A program made the translations under genes and the position numbers. From assembly GCA_965223265.1 (NCBI GenBank), contig OZ244999.1:3264001-3328000 (forward strand): a stretch of 64,000 nucleotides of DNA. The letters are read 5' to 3'. The stretch is from Planctomycetota bacterium (GTDB taxonomy: Bacteria; Planctomycetota; UBA8108; SXIK01). Shown in pieces: positions 1 through 10,090 of the stretch. Each line of letters starts with the position of its first letter. Position 1 is the first letter of the stretch. Under the pieces are notes generated by a model that saw nothing but the letters and a program-made list of their open reading frames with translations, had not been told where the DNA came from and made no database searches.

Positions 1-1
1 C

Positions 2-2455
2 GATGGCCTCGTTTTAGAGGATTGCAAGAGCCGAAACGGTACAGTGTTCAAGGGCAGCATGGTCAATCTCAGCCCCATCGCGGTGGGCGACACGTTCCGT
101 GTCGGAGACGTCACGTTCACTGTCGGTGAAACTCACGACGCGGGCGCTGCCGCCGACAGCGGCTCTCAAGCCGTCGACCCCGCGACCGCCGACACACTTG
201 TTGAGCCCGGGTCGCGTCCTGAGGAACGTTGTGGCACAGGCGTGCCGGAACAGAAACCGTCGGAGCCACCACAGCTGGCGCCTGACCCGATTCGACTTGA
301 GCCGATCGAGGCTGTTGATTCGGGTGTCATTGAGGTCTCCCACTTTCCATTTACCGTTGGCAGAAGGACTGGCAATGACTTGGTGCTTCGGGATCAGCGT
401 GTGTCGTCACGTCACGCCCAGTTCGTCTACGCGGATGGCCTCTACTCCGTGGAGGACTTTAACAGCCGCAACGGCACGTTCGTCGATGACCTTCGCTCGC
501 GAAGCGCGGTGCTCACTCCGGGGGTGATGATCCGTATCGGCTCCGCTCGCTATCGGGTTGAAGTTCCGGAGACGCCTCAGCTTCGACAGCGGCTTGAGTC
601 CTTGTCCACACAGAGAGACTTCGAATCTCAACCTGTTGAAGAGAACCTGGGTCGAATCGAGCTGGATGCGTTCGATGGTGCCAGTCGACTTGAACACCCG
701 CTGGTTGCTGTTGCTGTTGTGTGCGTGCTTGGGGCGCTCATGTTCTTTGCTGTCGATACGGCCCGTCGTGTGTTAGTGCGGCAGCCGATTGACCCTCCCG
801 AGTCGGAGAACCTCATCGGGCAAGCATGGTCCTTCGAGGGTGGCGCGAGTGAAGAAGCGTCAGGTGCGGATTGGGAGCTCGTCGAAGGAGATCGCGGCCG
901 ATTTGAGATCGTGGAGGCGATGGCTCAGTATCCAGGCAGGCACGCCCTGAAGTTGACCTCAACCGCGGAAGCTGGACGGTTGACCCGAGTTTCTCCGCGT
1001 GCGTTGATTTCTGTGCGGGCAGGGCAGCCGTACCGCCTGCGTGGGTTTGTAGCGAACCTTGGCTGTTTTGCGTCCGGAGTGGTCGTCGAGTGGCTTGAGC
1101 GCCGGGGCGAACGCGACGTCGTCCATAAACGTAGCTACTCTGACATCGCGCAAATGAGACGAGAGGAGTTGAACCTCGATCAGGTGGTCGACGCGCCGTC
1201 CAGGGTGACCCACGCGCGCGTCGCTTGTTTTGTAGCAGGGGGCGGCGCTGCAGTTTTCGATCGTATCGAATTCGCCGCGGCGTCCGACGCCGACGCCGCA
1301 GACGACGGTGGCGTGCCGAAATTCGTGTTCGGTCCAAGCGACGCACGGCAAAGAGTTCATTTGCGCCGCGGCTACGAGCTACAGTTCGTCGAGCAGGGAC
1401 TGCGTAGCTGGTTTGGGTTGGCGTCGCAGACCGCTGGGGACGGCTATGACATCGGGATGATTCCGTGGCGCATTCTTGATCGCGACGACGGGTATATGAC
1501 GATGGCGCTCAGATTCGCAGACCTGTCGCGCAGCCGCTGGGCAGACACCGTCGGGCGCCTTCAGGCCGGACAAGATGGTCTGCACGTGCGGGTGCAGCCT
1601 GCGGACGGCGATCGAGCAGACGATGGAAGCGAAATTTGTCTTTTTATCGAAACGCCGATCCACGACTTGAGGATTGAGTTTCCTGAGTACGGTCTGGTGA
1701 CAACGCTGAACAAAGACGATCCGTTGCCGCAGCGTTTTCACGAGTTGACGCTCGGCGCGGGCCGTCGAGAGCTTGTTTTCGCGAGCCACAACCCGTTGGT
1801 CGTCTCGAAGGTCGATCATCCACTGCGCCGCCGCCGACAACTTTTGATGATTCGGTTGGCTGAAGGGCGCACATTCGACATCTCTGCGTTGGTCAGCTCT
1901 CGTTTGGAATCTGTCGCCATCGCCCGACAGATCAACTCCGCGCGGCGCCATTATTTAGAGGGGCGTTTCGGAGAAGCGATCAGTCGGCTCAAGATGCTTC
2001 AGCAACGCTTTTCGAGCAGCGAGTCGGCCGGAGAAATCGAGGCGCAGATCGCGATTTGGGAGACCATCGCGGACGCTGCGTTCGAGCGGCTTCGAGACGA
2101 TCTCGAAGAGATGCGAGCTGCACCCCATGAGAGATGGTATCGCACCTTGACGGAGGGGGCCCGCGCATACGCAGCCGCGTACCGCAGTGCGGAATTCGCC
2201 GACCGTGGCGATGAAATACTCTCTGCGGTAGAGGAGCTGTGGCAAGAAGCCGAAAAGAAATCGCGCGCAACTCTAGTGGATCGATACTTTGACGTCGGCC
2301 GCAAGTTCTTTCGGGCTCATCGCATGTCGCTCGCGAGATTAGCGCTTCACCACGTGAAGCGATACACGAATGATGAAACGCTTCGGCGACAAGCTTCTGG
2401 GCTTCTTGACGGCATCGACCGAATCCGTACGCAAGAATCAAAGGGAGCTCGTTGA
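2..2455 (+). CDS. Double-FHA-domain membrane protein with extracytoplasmic CBM-like beta-sandwich and helical/TPR-like C-terminus (5' partial)
   Basis: Frame is open from base 2 (LEDCKSRNGT, end of a first FHA). Second FHA has GR...VSSRHA...EDFNSRNGT. TM segment PLVAVAVVCVLGALMFF is followed by a WSFE...VFDRIEF CBM-like region. Confidence 0.75.
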   Translation, partial: DGLVLEDCKSRNGTVFKGSMVNLSPIAVGDTFRVGDVTFTVGETHDAGAAADSGSQAVDPATADTLVEPGSRPEERCGTGVPEQKPSEPPQLAPDPIRLEPIEAVDSGVIEVSHFPFTVGRRTGNDLVLRDQRVSSRHAQFVYADGLYSVEDFNSRNGTFVDDLRSRSAVLTPGVMIRIGSARYRVEVPETPQLRQRLESLSTQRDFESQPVEENLGRIELDAFDGASRLEHPLVAVAVVCVLGALMFFAVDTARRVLVRQPIDPPESENLIGQAWSFEGGASEEASGADWELVEGDRGRFEIVEAMAQYPGRHALKLTSTAEAGRLTRVSPRALISVRAGQPYRLRGFVANLGCFASGVVVEWLERRGERDVVHKRSYSDIAQMRREELNLDQVVDAPSRVTHARVACFVAGGGAAVFDRIEFAAASDADAADDGGVPKFVFGPSDARQRVHLRRGYELQFVEQGLRSWFGLASQTAGDGYDIGMIPWRILDRDDGYMTMALRFADLSRSRWADTVGRLQAGQDGLHVRVQPADGDRADDGSEICLFIETPIHDLRIEFPEYGLVTTLNKDDPLPQRFHELTLGAGRRELVFASHNPLVVSKVDHPLRRRRQLLMIRLAEGRTFDISALVSSRLESVAIARQINSARRHYLEGRFGEAISRLKMLQQRFSSSESAGEIEAQIAIWETIADAAFERLRDDLEEMRAAPHERWYRTLTEGARAYAAAYRSAEFADRGDEILSAVEELWQEAEKKSRATLVDRYFDVGRKFFRAHRMSLARLALHHVKRYTNDETLRRQASGLLDGIDRIRTQESKGAR

Positions 2456-2464
2456 CACGATCGT

Positions 2465-4132
2465 ATGTTCGGTTTGCAATCTGCCGTTGGACTCAGCCTG
2501 GGTAACGAGAAGATCGACGCACTGGAACTTGTGCGTCAAGGACGCTCGGCGGTTGTTCGTCGCCTGTTGTCTATAGACTCGGATGAGTTGCGCGATGCAC
2601 ACGTGCCTCGCGACGACCTCTCTGAGGTTGTGCCGTATGTTAAACGTCGGATGCAGGCAGCTGGAATTCCGACTCGAAGGATCGTTCTTGGAATCGATCA
2701 GAACGTTTGCATGCTGCGGTACGCTCAGGTCGCTCCAGCGCCCACATGGCGCCTAGAGCTGATCATGAAGTTCGAGACAGACGAAATCATGGAGCGTATG
2801 GGTGAGCCGGTCGTCAGTAGTTACCGGTTGCTTTCGGTGCGAAGAAACGTGGACGATGACCAGGTTGTCTTGCTTTCGGTCGCGAAAGAGAATGAGCTTG
2901 CGAACCGCCTGAAGATCCTCGAGGCGAATGGCATGATGGTGAAGAACGTCGTGCCTCACGCACTCGCCCTCTTTCATGCCGCTGAGGTGTTTGGCGAAGC
3001 TGCAGATGAGGAGGCGGAGGACGACGATGTACGCCTCTACCTCGACATCGGCAAAGAGAGCATCGATACGGTTCTAACCGTCAACGAGCGCCTCGCGTTT
3101 GCGCGCAGTATGAGCTTCGGCGGCGCCGCTTTTACCAGGATCTTGGCGGACTCTCTGGAAATCGATGAGAGTCGCGCAGAACGTCTCAAGTGTGAGCGCG
3201 GAGGACTTGACACCAAGCATCCAAACGTACTGGAAGATACCGTTTCGCCGTTGCGAAACGCTGCGGGGCAGCTTTTGAATCTGATTCAGTCGACGATGAA
3301 AATGGCCGCTACACAGCACGGCCGGTCCTTGCAGCCTTTGAGTCATATCTTCCTGTCTGGCGGCGGTGCGCAGCTTCGCGGACTTGATGCGTTTTTGTCG
3401 CAGAGCATGAAAGTTTCGGTGAAGAGGTTCGCTCCGTTCGGCCACTCCGCCGGTGCTGCGGCACGCTCGGGACGGAATGCGGCAGTCGGCGCTGACTTCG
3501 ACGCCGCGGTGGCACTTGGACTTGCAGTCACAGGTCTTGATCACTCCGGAGAGGGGAGTTTCGTGCTCCTACCCCACGAGTACCGAAGGCGCCGTCTCTT
3601 CCGGGAACGGACGTTGTTTCTGTACTTGGCTGCAGCGTTTCTCGTTCTTCTTGTCGGGGCGCGATTTCTCCACGGTTTTTTGAGAGGCCGAGAGGCCAAC
3701 CATGTCTTGGCGGAAAACACCCGAGTTCACACAGAGTTGGTCGGCAAGAAACGAAGTCACGATGAAAATCTCCGGAAAGAATCGGCTGCTCGAGCTCGTC
3801 TCAACCGCATCCTCATCGAGAGTGAAGTCTCGGCGTTTCAGGGATTCGTGCTCGACTATCTTGGCCGTGAGTTGCCAGCTGAGGTTCAGGTAGAGTCGCT
3901 TGCGCTCGAAGAGCACGGCGTGCAGGTGAGCGAACGCGAGTACGTCCTGCGAGTCGCTGGACGGGTGAACAACGAACGACGACAGGCACTGAAAGTTCTG
4001 CGTCGGTTTCAGCAAGATTTGTTGGCATCCGAAAGGATCGGTGCGGTGGATATCACATCATCGACGCCGCTGCCGGGGGGTGCATGGTATGGATTCGAAG
4101 TCGAAATACGCCCGAACTATGTCCGCTACTGA
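2465..4132 (+). CDS. pilM: Type IV pilus assembly PilM-like actin-fold protein fused to a TM/PilN-like domain
   Basis: LDIG, FGGAAFT and IFLSGGGAQLRGL actin-fold motifs, then VALGLA, a TM helix, a coiled coil and an LPAEVQVESL PilN-like domain. Confidence 0.75.
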   Translation: MFGLQSAVGLSLGNEKIDALELVRQGRSAVVRRLLSIDSDELRDAHVPRDDLSEVVPYVKRRMQAAGIPTRRIVLGIDQNVCMLRYAQVAPAPTWRLELIMKFETDEIMERMGEPVVSSYRLLSVRRNVDDDQVVLLSVAKENELANRLKILEANGMMVKNVVPHALALFHAAEVFGEAADEEAEDDDVRLYLDIGKESIDTVLTVNERLAFARSMSFGGAAFTRILADSLEIDESRAERLKCERGGLDTKHPNVLEDTVSPLRNAAGQLLNLIQSTMKMAATQHGRSLQPLSHIFLSGGGAQLRGLDAFLSQSMKVSVKRFAPFGHSAGAAARSGRNAAVGADFDAAVALGLAVTGLDHSGEGSFVLLPHEYRRRRLFRERTLFLYLAAAFLVLLVGARFLHGFLRGREANHVLAENTRVHTELVGKKRSHDENLRKESAARARLNRILIESEVSAFQGFVLDYLGRELPAEVQVESLALEEHGVQVSEREYVLRVAGRVNNERRQALKVLRRFQQDLLASERIGAVDITSSTPLPGGAWYGFEVEIRPNYVRY

Positions 4133-4168
4133 CGGTTTGTCTCGGCCATTCGGCTGGCGACGCCGGGG

Positions 4169-4972
4169 ATGTTCCGCGCGATGAAGCTGCAGTTTGCTCA
4201 GATTTGGCACGAACACCGTCGTTTCTTGGTGGCCGTCGGTTGTGGAATGACCGTTTTTCTGGCGCTCAACTCGGGCGCTTCTCGTTATATCCGCAGTGCG
4301 GATCAGACGTTCCGCGAGGCGAGTCAGAAGGGCAAACAGAGTCGGATGTTGAAGAACGAACTGAAGCCTTACGCTGAGGTGGCAGCGAGACTGCAGTTGT
4401 ATGAAGATTTCGAATCTCGTCTGCGCAAAGAGATCGAACTGGCGCAAGATCTGCGACGGTTGGACCGCAAGGCGCTTTTGGTGCAGTTGACTGAAAAAAC
4501 GGAAGAGGTGTGGGCCGAAGCGCGTACGATCGCAAATCAACGTGGTGTCGCACTTCCCGAGCCGCTGAGTGAGCAAGACTATGGGTATGAGACAACGGAT
4601 GGGCACCAGGAGTTCATTCGTTACCATAGTTACCTCGGCGTCACGCGGCGGGCTCTTTTGGCGCTGCTCAACGGCGGGATGCGTTCGGTCGGTCCGCTCG
4701 AACTCGTATTTGAGGAGCTTGAACCGATTCATGGTGACCCTTCCGCCGCGCTACTCACTCAAACTGTCCATGTAGAAGTCTCCGGGAACTATCAAGCGTT
4801 CGTGTCGGTTCTCGAGTCGGTGCAGGAACCAGGCGGAGTCCTTCGGGCAAAGCTGCTGAATGTCGAGCGACCTGAAGACTCGGACGTCCTTTTGAACGGC
4901 GAGATCGAATTCTCCAATCTGCGATTGATCGAACTTGCGGGCGACACTCCTCGGGTTCGATTTGAAAAGTAG
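4169..4972 (+). CDS. PilO/GspM-like inner-membrane assembly protein
   Basis: N-terminal TM, coiled coil and VEVSGNYQAFVSVLESV PilO-like motif; lies directly after pilM(N). Confidence 0.55.
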   Translation: MFRAMKLQFAQIWHEHRRFLVAVGCGMTVFLALNSGASRYIRSADQTFREASQKGKQSRMLKNELKPYAEVAARLQLYEDFESRLRKEIELAQDLRRLDRKALLVQLTEKTEEVWAEARTIANQRGVALPEPLSEQDYGYETTDGHQEFIRYHSYLGVTRRALLALLNGGMRSVGPLELVFEELEPIHGDPSAALLTQTVHVEVSGNYQAFVSVLESVQEPGGVLRAKLLNVERPEDSDVLLNGEIEFSNLRLIELAGDTPRVRFEK

Positions 4973-5018
4973 CATTTGCATTGAAACGCTGCAGAGTCAC
5001 CTTTGTTAACGCTCGACG

Positions 5019-5387
5019 ATGATTAGATTGAACGCCGAAAAAACGGTTTGTTTGTTGGCATTCGCCGCACTAGTGGTAGGCGGGCAAGAGCTACTCGTCG
5101 GAGTGTGGGACGCGACTGAGAACGTTCCTGTCGTCAGCTCGGAGGTCGCCGCCGGACGTGCGAACGTCGTTTGGCGTGGATACCGGCGCTTTGAGAACGA
5201 TCGGCCGATCGCGCGTAGTCCGTTCACGTACGCCGAAGGATGGGATCTGCCGGAGGCTGTACCGATCGATCCACCGCTGCTACCGCCACTGAAACCTCGG
5301 TTGCCACCACTGTCGATGCAGCGAGGTGGTGGACGTTTCAATGCGAGTCACGAGGATGGATCGGAAGAAGCGGAGGCCGAGAAATGA
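5019..5387 (+). CDS. Small Pro-rich membrane-anchored protein (PilP/GspC position)
   Basis: Hydrophobic N-terminus, RSPF motif and Pro-rich stretch; ATGA overlap with the next gene. Confidence 0.45.
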   Translation: MIRLNAEKTVCLLAFAALVVGGQELLVGVWDATENVPVVSSEVAAGRANVVWRGYRRFENDRPIARSPFTYAEGWDLPEAVPIDPPLLPPLKPRLPPLSMQRGGGRFNASHEDGSEEAEAEK

Positions 5388-7867
5388 GACGTCTCACTTC
5401 GCTTGCACTAATCGCGTTTGGGACGTTATGGCTACTGGCTCCTTCAACTCCGTTCTGCGTCGCTCAGGAGCGGTCCACCGAGTTGAGCTCTACGGGTGAT
5501 CCTGACGAAGTCAGGCCGTACGACCTAGTACGCATTAAGACAGGTGCAGTGATCGAAGGATTTATTCTCACTCCAGGCGATCTCCGTAGCGTTGAGAAAT
5601 TCCGCATGCGGCGTCGAAGCGGTAGTACGCTGAGCTTGAACGTTGACGACGTCGAGAACATCGTTCGTCGGCAACCTCCGGAGATGGTCTACGAGCACAA
5701 AGTGAGAGGGCTGCGTAGGATTTCGGGAGAACGAGAGTTCCTTGACGCACTGATCGATCTCGCCCGTTGGTGTCACGCTCCCTTGGTGGTCCTTGAGGGG
5801 GATCCTCCCCTTCCAGAGAGAGCGGTCGAACACTATCTACGCGCACTCGAGCTAGACCCGAGCCAGCACGAAGTCTATCCTCATGTGCTTTCTCTTCTGG
5901 CTTCCGAAAGCTCTGTTGACGAAATCTTGGTTCAGTCACTCTCAGACGAACCAAGGTCCCTGTCTGCGGCCGCCGCTTCGCGCCTGGAACACGAGGCCCG
6001 CGTCATCGAGCTTGCGGCGCAGGGGGGCTACGAGAGCCCAGAGCTTGACTACCGCGCCGGCTTGATCGCTGCACTGTGGTTGGAATCCGCCAGCGGTGCG
6101 ATCGGGCATCTCACGCGTTTCCTCGACAAAGACTCGACAAACCTGGGGCAGCGACGACGGGCGCGTGCGCTACTGAGCCGGCTTCGGCGCGAGGCGGGAG
6201 ACGTTGCTGGAGCACAAAAGGTGTACGAGGATCTTCTCAAGACCGAGCGAGGGAGAGATTCGTTTGAAGCACACTTCGAGCTCGGCATGCTGGCGTTCGA
6301 AAGTGAGGCGGCTGACGCTCTGCAGCAGAGTCGAACACATTTTCAAGCCGCCCTGGAGGCCCAGCCGAGGTACTCGCCTCTCCTGCTTTACCTGGCGGCG
6401 GTAGAATACGAGGCCGGCGATTTAACGGCTGCTCAGCGTTGGCTTAGGCGGTTTCGCGCGCAGGCGCCGGATGACATCGACGGCGCCTGTGATCTCGCGA
6501 TCGTACTCGAGGGGTCTGGGAAGTCGGCGGCCGCACGAAAGCTTCTCAGCGAACTGCCGTCATCGACCGGTGGCCGACTCGAACTCACCCGCGCGGCTCT
6601 TCTCGACGCGGCCGGGGATCAGGAGAGCGCCCTGGTGCACTACCGAAACGCTGCTGCTGGCGCTGAGTCCGCCGCCGCGAGGTTGGCGCTGGCTAACGTT
6701 TTGGCGCGACTCGGACAAGTGGGCGAGGCTAAAAGCTTGGCAGCCGCGGAGCTGAAGCGTGGCGAGTCATCGACATTCTTCGCCGTCGCCTCACACATCC
6801 TCGCGTCGTGCGCTCTCTCCGGTCGTGATGAGGAAACGGCACGCGGCCATCTCGAACGCGCCGTACGGCTTCAACCAAACGGTGACTGGCTCGAGCAACT
6901 TGGAGTCGTTTGTCTGCAGCAGGGAGATCTCGCTGCAGGGCGGGCGCATCTCGGGCGACTCAGCGACGTCAAAGAGCGCCCCCACGCTCTCGCAGCTCTC
7001 GGGTACTATCACTACTCGCTCGGTGAGTTCGATCAAGCAGACCAGCTTTTCGAGCAGGTCGTACGGTTGATTACGCCGAAGAAACCTGGCGGCAAGAATC
7101 TGTCGAAGTCTCGGCGCGCGGTACTCGACTATGCCATCAGTGGTCGGCAAGCGATCGCCGATCTCCATTCACTTGAAGTGTGGCGCGCCAAGCTCCACAG
7201 TGACCCTTCAGATCACGTCGATGGTTGGCAGGAATCCGAGCGCTTCGGCGTCGCCATTGGATCACACCCCGCCGGCATGAGATTTCACGGAGTGCAGCGC
7301 GGCGAGCCCGACGGTGTGACTTCGGCGTTTTCAGATCGTTCTTTCTCGGTGGATCGATTTGAACGTGTCGTGACTCGACTGCGCATCGTTCGAGGGAAAG
7401 TGCGGATCGGCCTACGGCTCGAGGAAATCGCAGCGAGGCGACGAGGGGGAGGTTTTCTCGTATCTCGAGACTACGATGGGCGGGTGCGCCTCCTGCAAAA
7501 GGCCCGGAACACTTGGCAGGAAATGGAGCCGAGCGAGCCCGCGGACAAAAGGGATTCGGATGCATTGTTTGAATATCGCGGCGACTTCATTTGGCCGGAA
7601 GGAGCCAATACCCACACACTTGAGATTCGCGTCGCGCGAGAACGTCAGGTCGACCGGCGAGGCGCCCGCACAGGAGTCCGGCGGGCTCATGTCTTTCTGG
7701 ACGGACGTGCCGTCGCAAAGTACGTCGACATCGACGAGATCGAGGGCGACATGCGCATCGGTGTCTCTGCGCAGGCTGACGCAATCGGCGCTTCCTATGA
7801 CGTGATCGTCGAGTCGTTCGACGTCTATCGACGTCGCCCAGTTGAGGTTCGAAATGAAAGGTATTGA
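5384..7867 (+). CDS. Secreted TPR-repeat protein
   Basis: ATG 5384 overlaps the upstream stop. Signal peptide MRRLTSLALIAFG, many TPR-like helices, beta-rich C-terminus. Confidence 0.75.
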   Translation: MRRLTSLALIAFGTLWLLAPSTPFCVAQERSTELSSTGDPDEVRPYDLVRIKTGAVIEGFILTPGDLRSVEKFRMRRRSGSTLSLNVDDVENIVRRQPPEMVYEHKVRGLRRISGEREFLDALIDLARWCHAPLVVLEGDPPLPERAVEHYLRALELDPSQHEVYPHVLSLLASESSVDEILVQSLSDEPRSLSAAAASRLEHEARVIELAAQGGYESPELDYRAGLIAALWLESASGAIGHLTRFLDKDSTNLGQRRRARALLSRLRREAGDVAGAQKVYEDLLKTERGRDSFEAHFELGMLAFESEAADALQQSRTHFQAALEAQPRYSPLLLYLAAVEYEAGDLTAAQRWLRRFRAQAPDDIDGACDLAIVLEGSGKSAAARKLLSELPSSTGGRLELTRAALLDAAGDQESALVHYRNAAAGAESAAARLALANVLARLGQVGEAKSLAAAELKRGESSTFFAVASHILASCALSGRDEETARGHLERAVRLQPNGDWLEQLGVVCLQQGDLAAGRAHLGRLSDVKERPHALAALGYYHYSLGEFDQADQLFEQVVRLITPKKPGGKNLSKSRRAVLDYAISGRQAIADLHSLEVWRAKLHSDPSDHVDGWQESERFGVAIGSHPAGMRFHGVQRGEPDGVTSAFSDRSFSVDRFERVVTRLRIVRGKVRIGLRLEEIAARRRGGGFLVSRDYDGRVRLLQKARNTWQEMEPSEPADKRDSDALFEYRGDFIWPEGANTHTLEIRVARERQVDRRGARTGVRRAHVFLDGRAVAKYVDIDEIEGDMRIGVSAQADAIGASYDVIVESFDVYRRRPVEVRNERY

Positions 7868-8591
7868 ACGTGGACGGTTCGATACGGCGCGACGTCGTCG
7901 GCGCGGAGGTCTCGGACGGCGTCAGACGGACCGAAGCGACGGAGGACTGCGGTGGCGTGGCTCCTACGGATTTACCCTCATCGAGATCCTCGTCGTCATC
8001 ACCATCATTTCGATCTTGATGGGACTTGCATTGGTAGGAATCAACGCTGCCCGTGGTCGCGGCGACGTCGCTGCGGTGCGCGCCGAGTTGCAGAGCTTTC
8101 GTGCTGCTGCGCAGCAATTTCGACAGGAGATGGGAGATTTTCCGCCGTCACAACTGCACGACGTCGGAAGCGAGTTGATCGGCAATGGTCTCAACGATGG
8201 AAACGAAAGCCTTTTTCTCTTTCTCATGAGTCGTCGACTCGGCGAGCCGCTCTTCGAGCCGCGCGAAGACCGCTGGGTGAACACCGACAGCGACACTTTC
8301 ACCGGCACCCAGCTGCCGAAGGTGCAGAAGGAAGTCCAACCCGTGCACTCGACCGAGAAGCGGCTCGAATATTCCGATCTGTGGGGCAATCCGTTCGTTT
8401 ACATTCACAATCGCGACTATGGCTCTTCATTCGACTACATGACGTCGGAGGGTGAAGTCTTCACGGTGCAGGCGCAGAAGAACCCACAGACGGGGACCTT
8501 TTACGCGCCGACCAGTTTTCAGCTCTGGTCCCTGGGCGGCGACGGCATCAACCAGAACGGTGGAGGAGACGACATCGTCAGTTGGGAATGA
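7854..8591 (+). CDS. GspG-like major pseudopilin
   Basis: G|FTLIEILVVITII N-methylation motif; DLWGNPF and LWSLGGDG...DDI GspG C-terminal motifs. Confidence 0.8.
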   Translation: MKGIERGRFDTARRRRRGGLGRRQTDRSDGGLRWRGSYGFTLIEILVVITIISILMGLALVGINAARGRGDVAAVRAELQSFRAAAQQFRQEMGDFPPSQLHDVGSELIGNGLNDGNESLFLFLMSRRLGEPLFEPREDRWVNTDSDTFTGTQLPKVQKEVQPVHSTEKRLEYSDLWGNPFVYIHNRDYGSSFDYMTSEGEVFTVQAQKNPQTGTFYAPTSFQLWSLGGDGINQNGGGDDIVSWE

Positions 8592-10090
8592 GACTGTGCA
8601 GCAGCAAACGTTTGAGTCAGAAGTCAACCTTGCTTTCAAGTGGCGGCCGTGATCTGCATCGCTCGGTGGATTGCACCTCCGCGATCGCAGCTCCACATGG
8701 GCATTCGGCCGTGCGCAGACGCACCACGAGTGCCGACGACAGGTACTTGTCTCACGAGCTCGTGGCGCGGCGTTCGCTGGCAGGTTGTTTCTGGGCATCG
8801 TGGCTGCTTCGAAGTGGCGGGGGCGAGAGCGGCGCCCGAGCCCAGCATCCGCATCGGTGCTCCGGCTTCACGCTTGCTGAGTTGCTGGTTGTTGTCGCCA
8901 TCATTGGCGTGATCGGCGGTCTGGGAGCTGGAGCTTTCTTCACCGCTCGAAGGCAGTATGCGATCCATGGGAGCGTGGGTGAGATTCAGGCGATATTGCG
9001 AGCAGCTCGCAACTCTGCGGTTGCGACCGGCAACCCTACGGTTGTGGAGGTGGAGCCAACGTCTCGAAAAGTCTCCACGAGACTCTTCAATCCAGTTGGA
9101 GAATGGAGCTTTGAGACCGGCGGTGAACGGACGAGACGGGGCAACCTCGTCGTCCGACGCGAGACGAGCGTGAACGTTGAAGTCGCAGCGGGGCCAGTCG
9201 GGGACGCGATCAAGATCGGTAGCCAAGGGGGACACGTTGATTGTGGCAGTGAGGCGCGGTTTGACTTGCGGACAAGCCTGGCTATCGAAGCTTGGGTACG
9301 ACACGATCTCTCGCCGTCCCCCAAGTTCTTCACCAAAGCAGAATCCAAGCGTTCCCGTCGTCGCCTTGGCGCGCGTACGCGCCGGGAAACGCAAGGAGGA
9401 AAAGCCCGCCACGGTCGAGTGATCGTGCAGAAAAAGGGTGCTTATGGTCTTTCGATGCGGGACGACGGCACACTTGTTGGCATGCTTGGAGACGTCCGAG
9501 TCGTGACCACGGCGCCGGTCGTGCCTCCTGGACGTTGGGTGCATGTGGCGCTGGTGTTCGATGGAGGGAAGGTAACGATCCTTGGCGACCGCGTGCCACG
9601 TGGCTGGCGTGTTGAAGCTCCAAGAAAAGACTCAGAGCCGCCAGCGCTTCTACCCGTGGTCGCGGAACCGTTGACGATTTCAGCGCGTGAGGCACCGTTT
9701 CCAGGGGTGATCGACGAGGTGCGTCTTTCTGGGAGCGTTGAACCGCTTGTTTTTGTTTGTCCCGAGACGCAGCAGCTAGTCGGTTGGAGAAAGTCGATTC
9801 ATTTCGACGCGCGTGGACATCTCGATGCCCAGTTTCACGAAGACCCGATACGGTTGACGCTCGTTGAGTTACCGCAAGGGTGGACCTCCGAGACATCCAC
9901 GGAGGCGACTGGTACGGCCGTCGCCATGGATTTTACCGTCTCGTTTGAAGTGTGGCGAGCTCGCTGGGACGATCCTCCCGACGATCTGAGCGAGTTGGGA
10001 GAAGAGGCGAAAATCCTTGCAGGATTTGGCGCGGCGACTCAGCGCACGGTGACGATCGGCAGGCTCGGGTACGTCGAGCCGGAGGCGTGA
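8588..10090 (+). CDS. GspH/FimT-like minor pseudopilin with LamG/concanavalin-like domain (start uncertain)
   Basis: G|FTLAELLVVVAII and ARNSAVATG; LamG motifs IEAWVR, WVHVALVFDG and FPGVIDEVRLS. Confidence 0.75.
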   Translation: MRLCSSKRLSQKSTLLSSGGRDLHRSVDCTSAIAAPHGHSAVRRRTTSADDRYLSHELVARRSLAGCFWASWLLRSGGGESGARAQHPHRCSGFTLAELLVVVAIIGVIGGLGAGAFFTARRQYAIHGSVGEIQAILRAARNSAVATGNPTVVEVEPTSRKVSTRLFNPVGEWSFETGGERTRRGNLVVRRETSVNVEVAAGPVGDAIKIGSQGGHVDCGSEARFDLRTSLAIEAWVRHDLSPSPKFFTKAESKRSRRRLGARTRRETQGGKARHGRVIVQKKGAYGLSMRDDGTLVGMLGDVRVVTTAPVVPPGRWVHVALVFDGGKVTILGDRVPRGWRVEAPRKDSEPPALLPVVAEPLTISAREAPFPGVIDEVRLSGSVEPLVFVCPETQQLVGWRKSIHFDARGHLDAQFHEDPIRLTLVELPQGWTSETSTEATGTAVAMDFTVSFEVWRARWDDPPDDLSELGEEAKILAGFGAATQRTVTIGRLGYVEPEA

